From the NCBI GenBank assembly GCA_034189385.1, contig JAXHVD010000004.1:96001-160000 (forward strand): DNA of 64,000 bases. Reading direction: 5' to 3'. The notes beneath the pieces were generated by a model. That model made no database searches. It was not told the origin of the DNA and worked only from the letters and a program-made list of their open reading frames with translations. The first letter of the stretch is position 1. Each line of letters opens with the position of its first letter. Below, piece by piece: positions 29,952-38,049 of the stretch. The DNA comes from Thermodesulfobacteriota bacterium (GTDB taxonomy: Bacteria; Desulfobacterota; Desulfobacteria; Desulfobacterales; C00003060). Made by a program: the position numbers and the translations under genes.

Positions 29952-30638
29952 ATGAAAACAGCCGTCGGTTATGTCAGGGTTTCAACCATCGAACAGGCCC
30001 AACAGGGTGTTAGCCTAAAGAACCAGCAGGCGAAGATCAAGGCATGGGCGAAGCTCAACGGATATGCTTTGAAAGACGTATATCGTGACGAGGGAATCAG
30101 CGGAAAAGCTATGGACAACCGGGACGGACTACAGAGTGCGCTCAAGAGTGTGGGCAAAGGCGATGCGCTGGTTGTTTACAGCCTGTCGAGGATGGCCCGG
30201 TCAACCAGGGATGCCCTGGCTATCGCGGAGGCGCTACAACACAAGGGCGCAGATCTGGTGAGCGTCACTGAGCACATAGATACGACAACTGCGGCGGGGA
30301 AAATGGTGTTCCGAATGCTGGCCGTGCTCAATGAGTTCGAAAGGGACCAGGTGTCTGAGCGCGTCACACAGGCGCTGGCCTACAAGCGCGGCAAGAATGA
30401 ATGGGTGGGCCGTGTACCGTACGGTTTCAGGGTACATGCTGGAAAGCTGGTGGAGGACACAGAACAGATTGAAAGCATCAAGAAGATGAAACGGCTTCGG
30501 AAAAGGGGCAAGACTCTGCGCGACATTTCAAAGACGTTTGGGGTATCACCCGCGTATGTTTTAAGGGCTGTAAATGTCAACCTGAGGACGCTGAAAGCTA
30601 AGTATCTCAACGGATCACGGCTTCAGCCTGTTTATTAA
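29952..30638 (+). CDS. Small serine resolvase/invertase with C-terminal HTH
   Basis: GYVRVST, DEGISGK, RDGL, SLSRMAR, EFER. Confidence 0.93.
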   Translation: MKTAVGYVRVSTIEQAQQGVSLKNQQAKIKAWAKLNGYALKDVYRDEGISGKAMDNRDGLQSALKSVGKGDALVVYSLSRMARSTRDALAIAEALQHKGADLVSVTEHIDTTTAAGKMVFRMLAVLNEFERDQVSERVTQALAYKRGKNEWVGRVPYGFRVHAGKLVEDTEQIESIKKMKRLRKRGKTLRDISKTFGVSPAYVLRAVNVNLRTLKAKYLNGSRLQPVY

Positions 30639-30902
30639 ACAAATGGTTTTTAAACAAAAAGGGTTTGAAATGGACTTAAACAGATTAAATGTGAAACGGT
30701 CACAGTGATATGACAACCGGTCAAACTGCCCCAGGCAACCAGCTCTTCCCACTCCGCAGGGCGAGGGACGGGGGCGCCGTCTTACATCACCACCGAAAAT
30801 CAAACGGGCGATGGACGGGGCACTCCGCAGAAAATTAAATTATATTAGCTGTCCCCGAAGCACAAGGAAAGGAGAAATACTACAAGAGGAGCGTGAAGCA
30901 CA

Positions 30903-31070
30903 ATAGCCAGTAAAGACACGTATTGCATATTCTGCAACAGACCCGAGCCACAGTACACCCCGCCAAACGCAGACACAGAAATCGTCTGTAGCCGGTGCGT
31001 TCAGCGCCTAGTAAACGCCACCCAGGAACAACTCTTGACCCTGTACAAGGTAGCACTGGCACGGGACTAA
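30903..31070 (+). pseudogene. Zn-finger gene remnant
   Basis: CIFC...CSRC reading frame starting at ATA after GAGGAG; an apparent continuation in another frame suggests a frameshift. Confidence 0.45.
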
Positions 31071-31147
31071 GCAGGTAGCCGACGAGCTGGCCGGAAGCTG
31101 GCTGCTACCGGAAACGCTAGAACAAATAGAAGAGGAGGAAGGAGACT

Positions 31148-31363
31148 GTGAGCAAGAAACCGGAGAGACTAGACCAGATCTGGAGCGAGCGAGACCTTTG
31201 CCGTCGTCTAGACCTGCCCGTCACCAAGAACGGTAAAAGCGCGAGGCTGGGGTATTGGATCAGGGGCGGCCTGAACTACGTCGAGAAGTCAGGCAAGCGG
31301 TATTTCTTTGAATCTGATGTCATTGACTACCTGTGGAGCCGATATGAGAACCGAGACGAATAA
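31148..31363 (+). CDS. Excisionase/MerR-like small wHTH DNA-binding protein
   Basis: WSERDLCRRL...LGYWIRGGLNYV...KRYFFESDVIDYL; strong SD. Confidence 0.65.
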   Translation: MSKKPERLDQIWSERDLCRRLDLPVTKNGKSARLGYWIRGGLNYVEKSGKRYFFESDVIDYLWSRYENRDE

Positions 31364-31521
31364 GGGCTGTAAGTTGCAAACCACACACACGGTTGGGGGT
31401 AGGTTTTGACTAGCTTTTATATAACTTTAAGGGGGTATTTTTCCGGGTTAATAGGGTTACATGCCTTTTCCTGAAAACCCCCGTTAAACAGCGGATAAGA
31501 AGCTTTTACGGCGTATTTACA

Positions 31522-31758
31522 ATGACTCAACAACAGACAGACAGGATCATTCTCAACGGCAGAATCACGGAGAACCAGGCCTTCGGCAAGTGGGCAGTGG
31601 AGCTGAACCACCGCTCCGGCTGCACGACCTTGGCGTCGTGTTACGCATCCGGAAGACTGCGGCTTGCGTCAATCCGCATGCTGCCCGGTGATTGGGTGAA
31701 AGTGGAGCTTTCGCCCTATGACCTGAGTCGAGGCCGGATTCTATATCGTTTCAAATAA
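31522..31758 (+). CDS. infA: Translation initiation factor IF-1 homologue (divergent, element-borne)
   Basis: [36 protein letters not shown] matches the IF-1 C-terminal signature. Confidence 0.85.
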   Translation: MTQQQTDRIILNGRITENQAFGKWAVELNHRSGCTTLASCYASGRLRLASIRMLPGDWVKVELSPYDLSRGRILYRFK

Positions 31759-31958
31759 CTACTCTACCCAGCGCAGCATTATCGTGGTGGCTTCCTCGCT
31801 GTGTCTGGTCCGGCAGAACCTAAGTCAGCTGTCGGAGGATTCATAAGGAAGCCACTAACACGCACGGTCGCAACCTCCAAAACCGGGGCGGCCCGTGCCA
31901 CCGCAGTTAGAATCGGGCCGCCCCATACTTTTAAACTGACAAAAGGAGTGAAAGAAAA

Positions 31959-32639
31959 ATGACAACAGAATATTGGCAGATACCGGCGGATCAGGATTTC
32001 CCAGCCGCGTCGATAAAAGAGGATTCTGATTTCGCGCATTCAACGGTAAAACAGATTGGCTATGATCTGCTGAGCGCGGCTTTTAGGCAGTATATGGCCG
32101 ACAGCGGCATCGACGTTGATGAGTTTGTCACCCGGCCAGGCCAGGGCCATTGGATAGTGAAAAAGCAGAAGATGAATGAGCACTTTGACCCATCCGACCT
32201 GAAATCAAGCCGCTGGGTGCAAGAGAAGACAAATCTCCTGAAGTGCTTTCTTGACGGCTTGCAGTGGCATTTTGACGGCTTTTATTGCGTTGAGCTTCCC
32301 CACGGGTCGTACCCTAAAATTGAAACATTGCTGCAACTCGAACGGGATCTTGGTGCAGCACCCGGCACCCTGGTTGACAAGCGCCTGTTTACGATCGAGG
32401 CCCAGACCGCTCTAAAACTGCTTGACAAGAAGGGCAATCCGTCAAAGCGTGCGAAGCGGTTGCCGCGACTCAAAGCCGCTGAGATGCGCCAGGAATTGAA
32501 GGCCAAGGTCAACGCCGCCAGAGTGAAAGAGGATGCTCTGAGGCGAAAGAAAGAGGCAACGGCAAAAGAACGGCAATTCAATAAAAAGTTCAAGGCGCTA
32601 CGCGAGAAGTTCCAACCGCTCCTGAACGCCTTGCAGTGA
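31959..32639 (+). CDS. Hypothetical protein with basic coiled-coil C-terminus
   Basis: AAGGAG SD, 226-aa ORF. Confidence 0.7.
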   Translation: MTTEYWQIPADQDFPAASIKEDSDFAHSTVKQIGYDLLSAAFRQYMADSGIDVDEFVTRPGQGHWIVKKQKMNEHFDPSDLKSSRWVQEKTNLLKCFLDGLQWHFDGFYCVELPHGSYPKIETLLQLERDLGAAPGTLVDKRLFTIEAQTALKLLDKKGNPSKRAKRLPRLKAAEMRQELKAKVNAARVKEDALRRKKEATAKERQFNKKFKALREKFQPLLNALQ

Positions 32640-32645
32640 CAATCA

Positions 32646-32745
32646 GAAACTAAAAGGCAGACTATTAGAAAACTAATAGGCAGACTATTAGAAAACTAGT
32701 ATATAGTATTAATATAGATTAATAATACAGATTAATAATACAGAA
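32646..32745. repeat. Iteron-like direct repeats plus AT-rich repeats
   Basis: AGGCAGACTATTAGAAAACTA x2 (23-bp period); AGATTAATAATAC x2. Confidence 0.8.
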
Positions 32746-32813
32746 GAGATTAACTTCTAAAGAAGTTAATAGGGCTGACAAGCCAGCCCAAGAAGCTAAG
32801 AAGGAGTTTTATA

Positions 32814-33050
32814 ATGGCTGTAAAAGAAACACCGTATTTCAAAGGACTGCTCGTGCCCACAAGTTGCGGCAGAAGGTCTACAGCATTTGAGATCCGAGAC
32901 GAACATAATAAAATAGTTGGCCGCATGGTCGTTGAGACACGAGCGTTAGTTGACCTGAGCGACGTTCCCCAGGACAGGGCGAAGTTTGTAGACGTGCAGC
33001 ACCTGCCGTCTCGGCTCAGTTTCCACTTAGATAACATGGCTGCGATATGA
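32814..33050 (+). CDS. Hypothetical protein
   Basis: AAGGAG SD, 78 aa. Confidence 0.6.
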   Translation: MAVKETPYFKGLLVPTSCGRRSTAFEIRDEHNKIVGRMVVETRALVDLSDVPQDRAKFVDVQHLPSRLSFHLDNMAAI

Positions 33051-33070
33051 GGCCAAAGGAAGGTGATTGA

Positions 33071-33298
33071 ATGTATAAGAACGTTACCGAATTTCACAAT
33101 GGACTGTTCGACAATAGCAAGAGTAAAGATGCTGTGGAAGGCTTCACCCGGAAATGCGAAGGCAGAAACCCCATGACTAAGGAATCTGTCATGGACGGCT
33201 TTGTGAAGGCCGCAACCGGCAAGCCGCCTAGCTTGGAACCGAAGCCGAAGCGGCCTGTTGACACCGTTGACAGGTTCGTGGCCGCATTGAAGGAATAA
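33071..33298 (+). CDS. Hypothetical protein with internal repeat (DAVEGFT / VMDGFVKA / VDRFVAA)
   Basis: AAGGTG SD, 75 aa. Confidence 0.6.
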   Translation: MYKNVTEFHNGLFDNSKSKDAVEGFTRKCEGRNPMTKESVMDGFVKAATGKPPSLEPKPKRPVDTVDRFVAALKE

Positions 33299-33460
33299 AA
33301 TAATAGGAGGCGTTCCTTGCTTCCCAAAAGGAACGCGGCGAGCGGCAGGGTTTTTGGCTTACCTCCTTTACCCTGCTGCTCGTCGTCGCTTAATCTCGGT
33401 GTGTGCGGTCCGGGGTCCCTCGGATACCTTGAGCGAGCCGAGGCGACCGCCGCCGCGCAC

Positions 33461-33595
33461 CTACTTTTTGCCGCGCTTGACGGCATGCCAGTCGATGTTG
33501 TGATGCTCTTTGAGGTACAGGATCACGGCATTGCGTAGGAAGCTCGTCAAGCTGCGGTTCTCGCTGTCGGCAGCCTTAACTGTGTTGTTGCTCAA
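33461..33595 (-). pseudogene. Arc/CopG ribbon-helix-helix remnant
   Basis: Manual translation KAADSENRSLTSFLRNAVILYLKEHHNIDW; N-terminal strand apparently missing. Confidence 0.5.
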
Positions 33596-33927
33596 TTCAC
33601 GTCTTGCTTTCTATGTGATCCATGAGTAATGCAATGCTCATAACAAGAGCCCCCACAATCAACCAATGATAGTCCTCCTCTTCCTTGTCATTACTGGCTT
33701 GCATTTTAGTCGCAATACTGCGTATGTAGTCTATTGATACGCCAAGTCTGGCCTTCGGTGTACCTGCTTCCTGTGCACTAGGTGTCAACTCAATGCGCTC
33801 CAAACGTTGTGAGAAATAATCTGCGAACTGTTCAAGAAGCTTTCCTATCGTCTTTACGCCACCCGCAGATCAGGAAAAAGGCGAAGGCACAGGCGAGGGC
33901 GTATAGGATCTTCAGGAGGATCATGGG

Positions 33928-34770
33928 TTATGCAGTACCTCTTCTGCTCCTTCTCCTGAGTCCTGCTAGACCTATGAGACCAGAGCCAAGGAGGAGGACG
34001 GTTGCGGGTGCGGGTACTGCATTAGCCGTAACTGTGATGTTGTCAAACTCACCGGCACCGATGCGATAGTCTTGATCCATGCTCGCTCCATCAATGCCGA
34101 GAAGCTTTTCAGCCAAAATGGCATAGTGACCGGTTTCATAAGTTTCAGTTCCAAAGTCAGCTATCCCCCAGACTTCAAGGTTGTAGGCGTCGAGGATTAT
34201 CGAAAGGGACACTACTTGATCGCAACCCCCATCAAAATATTCCAGGTTGTCGAGTGATCCGGCTTCGGCTCCCGTGATATATCTGGCGTCAAAGATCCAA
34301 CCGCCTCCCGTATACGGTGGCCAATGACCACCTGGATTGTTGCTCATGGCCCATCCCACTTGCCCTTTCCCCTCGGAAGTGGAATAGAACCTCATGGCAG
34401 AATTGTGGGCTTGCGGTGAATCCGTGGTCGCATATGCATCGAAGGTCAGAGTATAGACACTGCTGCAGGTCGTCAATGATTCGGGAAACAGATTGAAGGA
34501 GACGGCTAGACCACTGCATCCGTCTGTCAGCCGACCATTGGCGACCATGGAACCCATGTTAGAGCTATTTCCAACAAGTGTCCTGTCGCCTGTCCATCCA
34601 CCTTGACCTGAGAGGTTGCTTCCCTCAGCGTAACTCTCAAAGTCCTCATGAAAGATAGTTGCCGCCGTACAAAAAGACCCCAGAGGTAACACTAGAATTG
34701 CGGCCAGTGCGACCAGTAGGAGTTCACCCTTCAAAATACGTAAAGCCCGAAAGGGTTGTCTTGTTTTCAT
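33928..34770 (-). CDS. PEP-CTERM sorting-domain exported protein
   Basis: Signal peptide; C-terminal VPAPATVLLLGSGLIGLAGLRRR. Confidence 0.92.
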   Translation of the reverse strand: MKTRQPFRALRILKGELLLVALAAILVLPLGSFCTAATIFHEDFESYAEGSNLSGQGGWTGDRTLVGNSSNMGSMVANGRLTDGCSGLAVSFNLFPESLTTCSSVYTLTFDAYATTDSPQAHNSAMRFYSTSEGKGQVGWAMSNNPGGHWPPYTGGGWIFDARYITGAEAGSLDNLEYFDGGCDQVVSLSIILDAYNLEVWGIADFGTETYETGHYAILAEKLLGIDGASMDQDYRIGAGEFDNITVTANAVPAPATVLLLGSGLIGLAGLRRRSRRGTA

Positions 34771-35103
34771 TTCTCCCCCTTTGCAGAAAACAGAGATGAA
34801 ATCGTGAAGGAATAGTTCTGAACTCCCAACAGAACAGACAGCGCCCTGTCAGGAGCTAGGTAGGCAGATTTTTAGGTGTGTCTCCATGAGGGTGACCCTG
34901 GAATGATGTAAAAATACGGCCAAGAAAGCCGTCTTTTGACTGCCCGACTCCTCCAATATGCCGTATACCACTCTGCATGTGGGAAATCAATGGCACAAAG
35001 TGACCATTTTTTGACGCAAAAACTACCTATGGTTTCACGCAAAAACTACGTAGTGGAGTGGATCAGGAAGAAAGGTTGGGTCAGCTTGGAGAGATTTGAA
35101 AGG

Positions 35104-35259
35104 CTATTTCTTGGGCTTCTTCTTGTACTTTTTCAGAACGTCGCGGATCGCCTCTTCCAAGACCTCGTTCTGGCGTTTTTCCAGCGTAGCGGCCAGGATC
35201 TTGAGTTCTTTTAGAAGGGCCTTGTCGATGGTCGTGTTGTACATCTTGCGGTCAGTCAT
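35104..35259 (-). CDS. Ribbon-helix-helix regulator divergent from the recombinase
   Basis: MTDRKMYNTTIDKALLKELKILAATLEKRQNEVLEEAIRDVLKKY (51 aa); below the ORF-track length cutoff. Confidence 0.8.
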   Translation of the reverse strand: MTDRKMYNTTIDKALLKELKILAATLEKRQNEVLEEAIRDVLKKYKKKPKK

Positions 35260-35510
35260 GATATACGGGTATCAGAAGCCGGTACATTTTTCAATAAATA
35301 TAGAATTATCGGTATCTTTTTCTTGCTTTTTGTGTTATAGTTTTATAGTTGTCTATACAATCACACACTTCCAAACAGTACGATGAAAAAGAGTTTTAAA
35401 AACAATAGGTTCCCGAGATTCCCGGTGTCCGTGAGGTCCGGGGCGCCTGTACTGGCGTGGAAGGTCTCGGGTTCTTTTTTGGGTAGTCTCAATTAAGAGA
35501 GGGTCAGAAA

Positions 35511-37325
35511 ATGAAAGCAGCCATCTATTGTCGAGTATCAACACCGACTCAGAAAGAGGCCGAAACCATAGAAGGCCAGAGGGTCGCATTGACAAAATAC
35601 GCGGAAGACCGGGGCTGGGAGATTGTGGACGTATATGAAGACGAGGGCCTTAGCGGCAGTTTCCTAGAAGGCCGCAGGGATTTTCTACGGCTGCTTGAGG
35701 ACATGGGAAAGGGAGAGTTTGAAATCCTTCTGGTGGCCGAACACAGCCGTATCACCCGCTCTGACGACCCGATGGAAGGCGCTCTAATACTGAAGACTCT
35801 ATTGGACAACGACATTAAGGTGGCCTCTCCTGGGGCTGGCCTGGAGTCTGCTGATACCTTTGAAGGTCGCCTCATGTTCACGTTAAAAAGCATGTTCGCC
35901 GCAAAAGAAAAGACCGACATTCTTGAACGCTTCAAGAGAGGCAAAGCGAAGTTTCTTGAAAAGGGCATCTACCCCAACGCGAGAGTTTGTTATGGCCTAC
36001 AAAAGGTGGTTCAACGGGGTAAAAACGGCAAAGTCATAAAGCACGAGATCGTCATCAACGAGGAAGAAGCGGCGGTCTTGCGGTCGGTCTATGATTGGAT
36101 AGTCAAGGACGGTCAGACCATCAACTGGGCGGCTGCCGAGTTGAACCGCCTAGGCATAAGGACAGCGCAAGGTAAAAGGTGGAGTTCTCCCAGGCTTTCT
36201 GAGATTCTGCGGAACGAGGCTTTATGTGGCACAATGTATTGTAACAGGTACGTGTGGAAGACCACCGGCATCAGCCCCAAAGGGAAACAACAGCAGAAGC
36301 TTTTAAAGGTCAGGCCCAAGACGGACCCAGATGTAATTCATATTTATGTCCCAGCCATATTCAGCAAAGACGAGTTCAAGCTGCTGCGGGATACGGTCAA
36401 GAACAACCGCCGCCGTGCACGGTCAAAGAAGGACAGCCCATTCTTGCTTACTGACAAGTTGAAATGCGGCATCTGCGGTGCTCGTCTAGTCGGTGCTTAT
36501 GGTGGAAGTCCAGGTCAGAAAAAAGTGAACTATTATATATGCCACAACAGAAAGAAGTCGCCCCAGAGGCGAGAGCCAGACGAGAAGCCGTGCTGGCTGC
36601 CCATGGTAAACATGTTATCCCTTGACCAGAAGGTCGAACGTGATGTCTTGATTGACCTGTTTATGCACCCAAAGCGGACCCTGAAGAGCTGGTCGTCGGT
36701 GGATCAGAATAAGCGCCGCCGGGCCAAGCAGTTGAGGGATAAGGTGGCCCAGGCCGAGGAACGTATTGAAAAGTTGAGGAAAAAGAAAAAGGCACTGCTT
36801 CAGAAGGCCATAAGCGGTGTTGCATGGGAGGGGTGGAATGAGGCCGATATCAAAGAGGCCGTTGAAGGTGAGAGGGTAAAGCTGGACCAGCAGATCACCC
36901 TAGAAACCGAACGCAGGGACACGGCCAAAAAAGAGGCTGAAGCCTTAGAGGGAATGATTGAGAGGGCAAAAAAGGTTCGCAATGGGTCCAAGGAATTGGA
37001 AGAGGTGGCGGCTAGGCTTGGTGAGAAGATCTTGAATATGACCGTTGCTGAAAAACGGACCTTGTTGGACTATATCATCCCATCCGGCCATTATATCACC
37101 GTGGAGCCTATTTTAGATGACCGGGAAATCTGGTACGACAAACCCAAAGGGGTGGCCCGGACACTTAAGTGTGAGTGGATGGTGATGCCTGTCACGGTGC
37201 CTGATTTTAACTTAAAGGGGCTGGTTGCTGCCTTGCGGGAATACGATAAAACCGGAGTGATCCCAAAGGCTTCTGTATATTTAATGCAAAATAAGCATTT
37301 AAAGCGCCATTCAGGCAACCAATGA
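35511..37325 (+). CDS. Large serine recombinase (integrase)
   Basis: IYCRVST catalytic Ser, DEGLSG, recombinase domain (YG, LNRLG, W...ILRN..CG), Zn ribbon CGICG...YYIC, coiled coil; last 6 codons lie beyond the right att core. Confidence 0.95.
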   Translation: MKAAIYCRVSTPTQKEAETIEGQRVALTKYAEDRGWEIVDVYEDEGLSGSFLEGRRDFLRLLEDMGKGEFEILLVAEHSRITRSDDPMEGALILKTLLDNDIKVASPGAGLESADTFEGRLMFTLKSMFAAKEKTDILERFKRGKAKFLEKGIYPNARVCYGLQKVVQRGKNGKVIKHEIVINEEEAAVLRSVYDWIVKDGQTINWAAAELNRLGIRTAQGKRWSSPRLSEILRNEALCGTMYCNRYVWKTTGISPKGKQQQKLLKVRPKTDPDVIHIYVPAIFSKDEFKLLRDTVKNNRRRARSKKDSPFLLTDKLKCGICGARLVGAYGGSPGQKKVNYYICHNRKKSPQRREPDEKPCWLPMVNMLSLDQKVERDVLIDLFMHPKRTLKSWSSVDQNKRRRAKQLRDKVAQAEERIEKLRKKKKALLQKAISGVAWEGWNEADIKEAVEGERVKLDQQITLETERRDTAKKEAEALEGMIERAKKVRNGSKELEEVAARLGEKILNMTVAEKRTLLDYIIPSGHYITVEPILDDREIWYDKPKGVARTLKCEWMVMPVTVPDFNLKGLVAALREYDKTGVIPKASVYLMQNKHLKRHSGNQ

Positions 37326-38049
37326 GGGGCTCGACGGTTTTCTTACAAAACCCTTTGACAACAGGGAATTGCGCAACAAGATTCAAGACATTGTCATAAA
37401 AAAGCGACTGAAGCAATTTGTCTCTAATCAAGTCTATGAGGAAATTAGAAACGATCCTGCTGTCATGAACCCCAAAAAACAGAAAGTGACCATACTGTTT
37501 AGTGATATTAGAGGATTCACCGAGATGTCTTGGAAAGTCCCACCTGAAAAGATTGCAGAATTTCTAAATGACCACTACTTTACACCCTTGGGAGAAATCG
37601 CTTATCTGTACAACGGCACTGTAGATAAACACATTGGCGACTGTATCATGGTGATATACGGATCGCCTGTCTCCCATGAGGACGATATTGTCAGGGCTAT
37701 TGAATCGGCAATTCATATGCAGAAGACTTGTAAGGCCATCAGCAAAGGATTGAAAAAAACAAATGGATTCAGGCTCCGTGTTGGAATCGGTATCTGTGCG
37801 GGCGAGGTAGTAAGTGGTGTCTTTGGCTCCTTGAGGAAAAGAGAATACACGGCCTTCGGGCTGCCGGTCAATATTGCCGCTCGTTTAGAAAAAATGGCAA
37901 AGGGCGGGGAGATATTGGTCAGTGGTACGACCTACAAAGAGGTGTCCCACCACTTTGCGGCCGAGAGGATGACGCCGGCCATCCCCGTCAAGGGCTTGGA
38001 TGAGCCTATTCCCATCTATCGGATTCTGGGCCCTAAGGCTTCAACTTGA
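37305..38049 (+). CDS. 3' part (end of REC plus class III adenylate/guanylate cyclase domain) of the split gene
   Basis: AIQATNEGLDGFLTKPF (REC end); TILFSDIRGFT, DKHIGDCIM, YTAFGLPVNIAARLE. Confidence 0.93.

Larger units (their letters stand above)
22125..37304. mobile_element. 15.2-kb integrated element (serine-recombinase prophage remnant or satellite-like) inserted within the REC-cyclase gene
   Basis: AAAG at 22125-22128 and 37301-37304; deletion restores the host ORF; contains a large serine recombinase, TerL, resolvase and HTH genes. Confidence 0.93.

Noticed and set aside
31860..31930. tRNA-like gene in the element
   Set aside because: Only a single GC hairpin; no cloverleaf or T-loop consensus.
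26828..33298. Complete inducible prophage
   Set aside because: No recognisable portal, capsid, tail or lysis genes within the 15-kb boundaries.
37369..38049. Stand-alone cyclase gene, or an element-encoded Pycsar/CBASS-type defence cyclase
   Set aside because: The frame extends upstream as the missing end of the REC domain, lies outside the element, and has no effector gene beside it.
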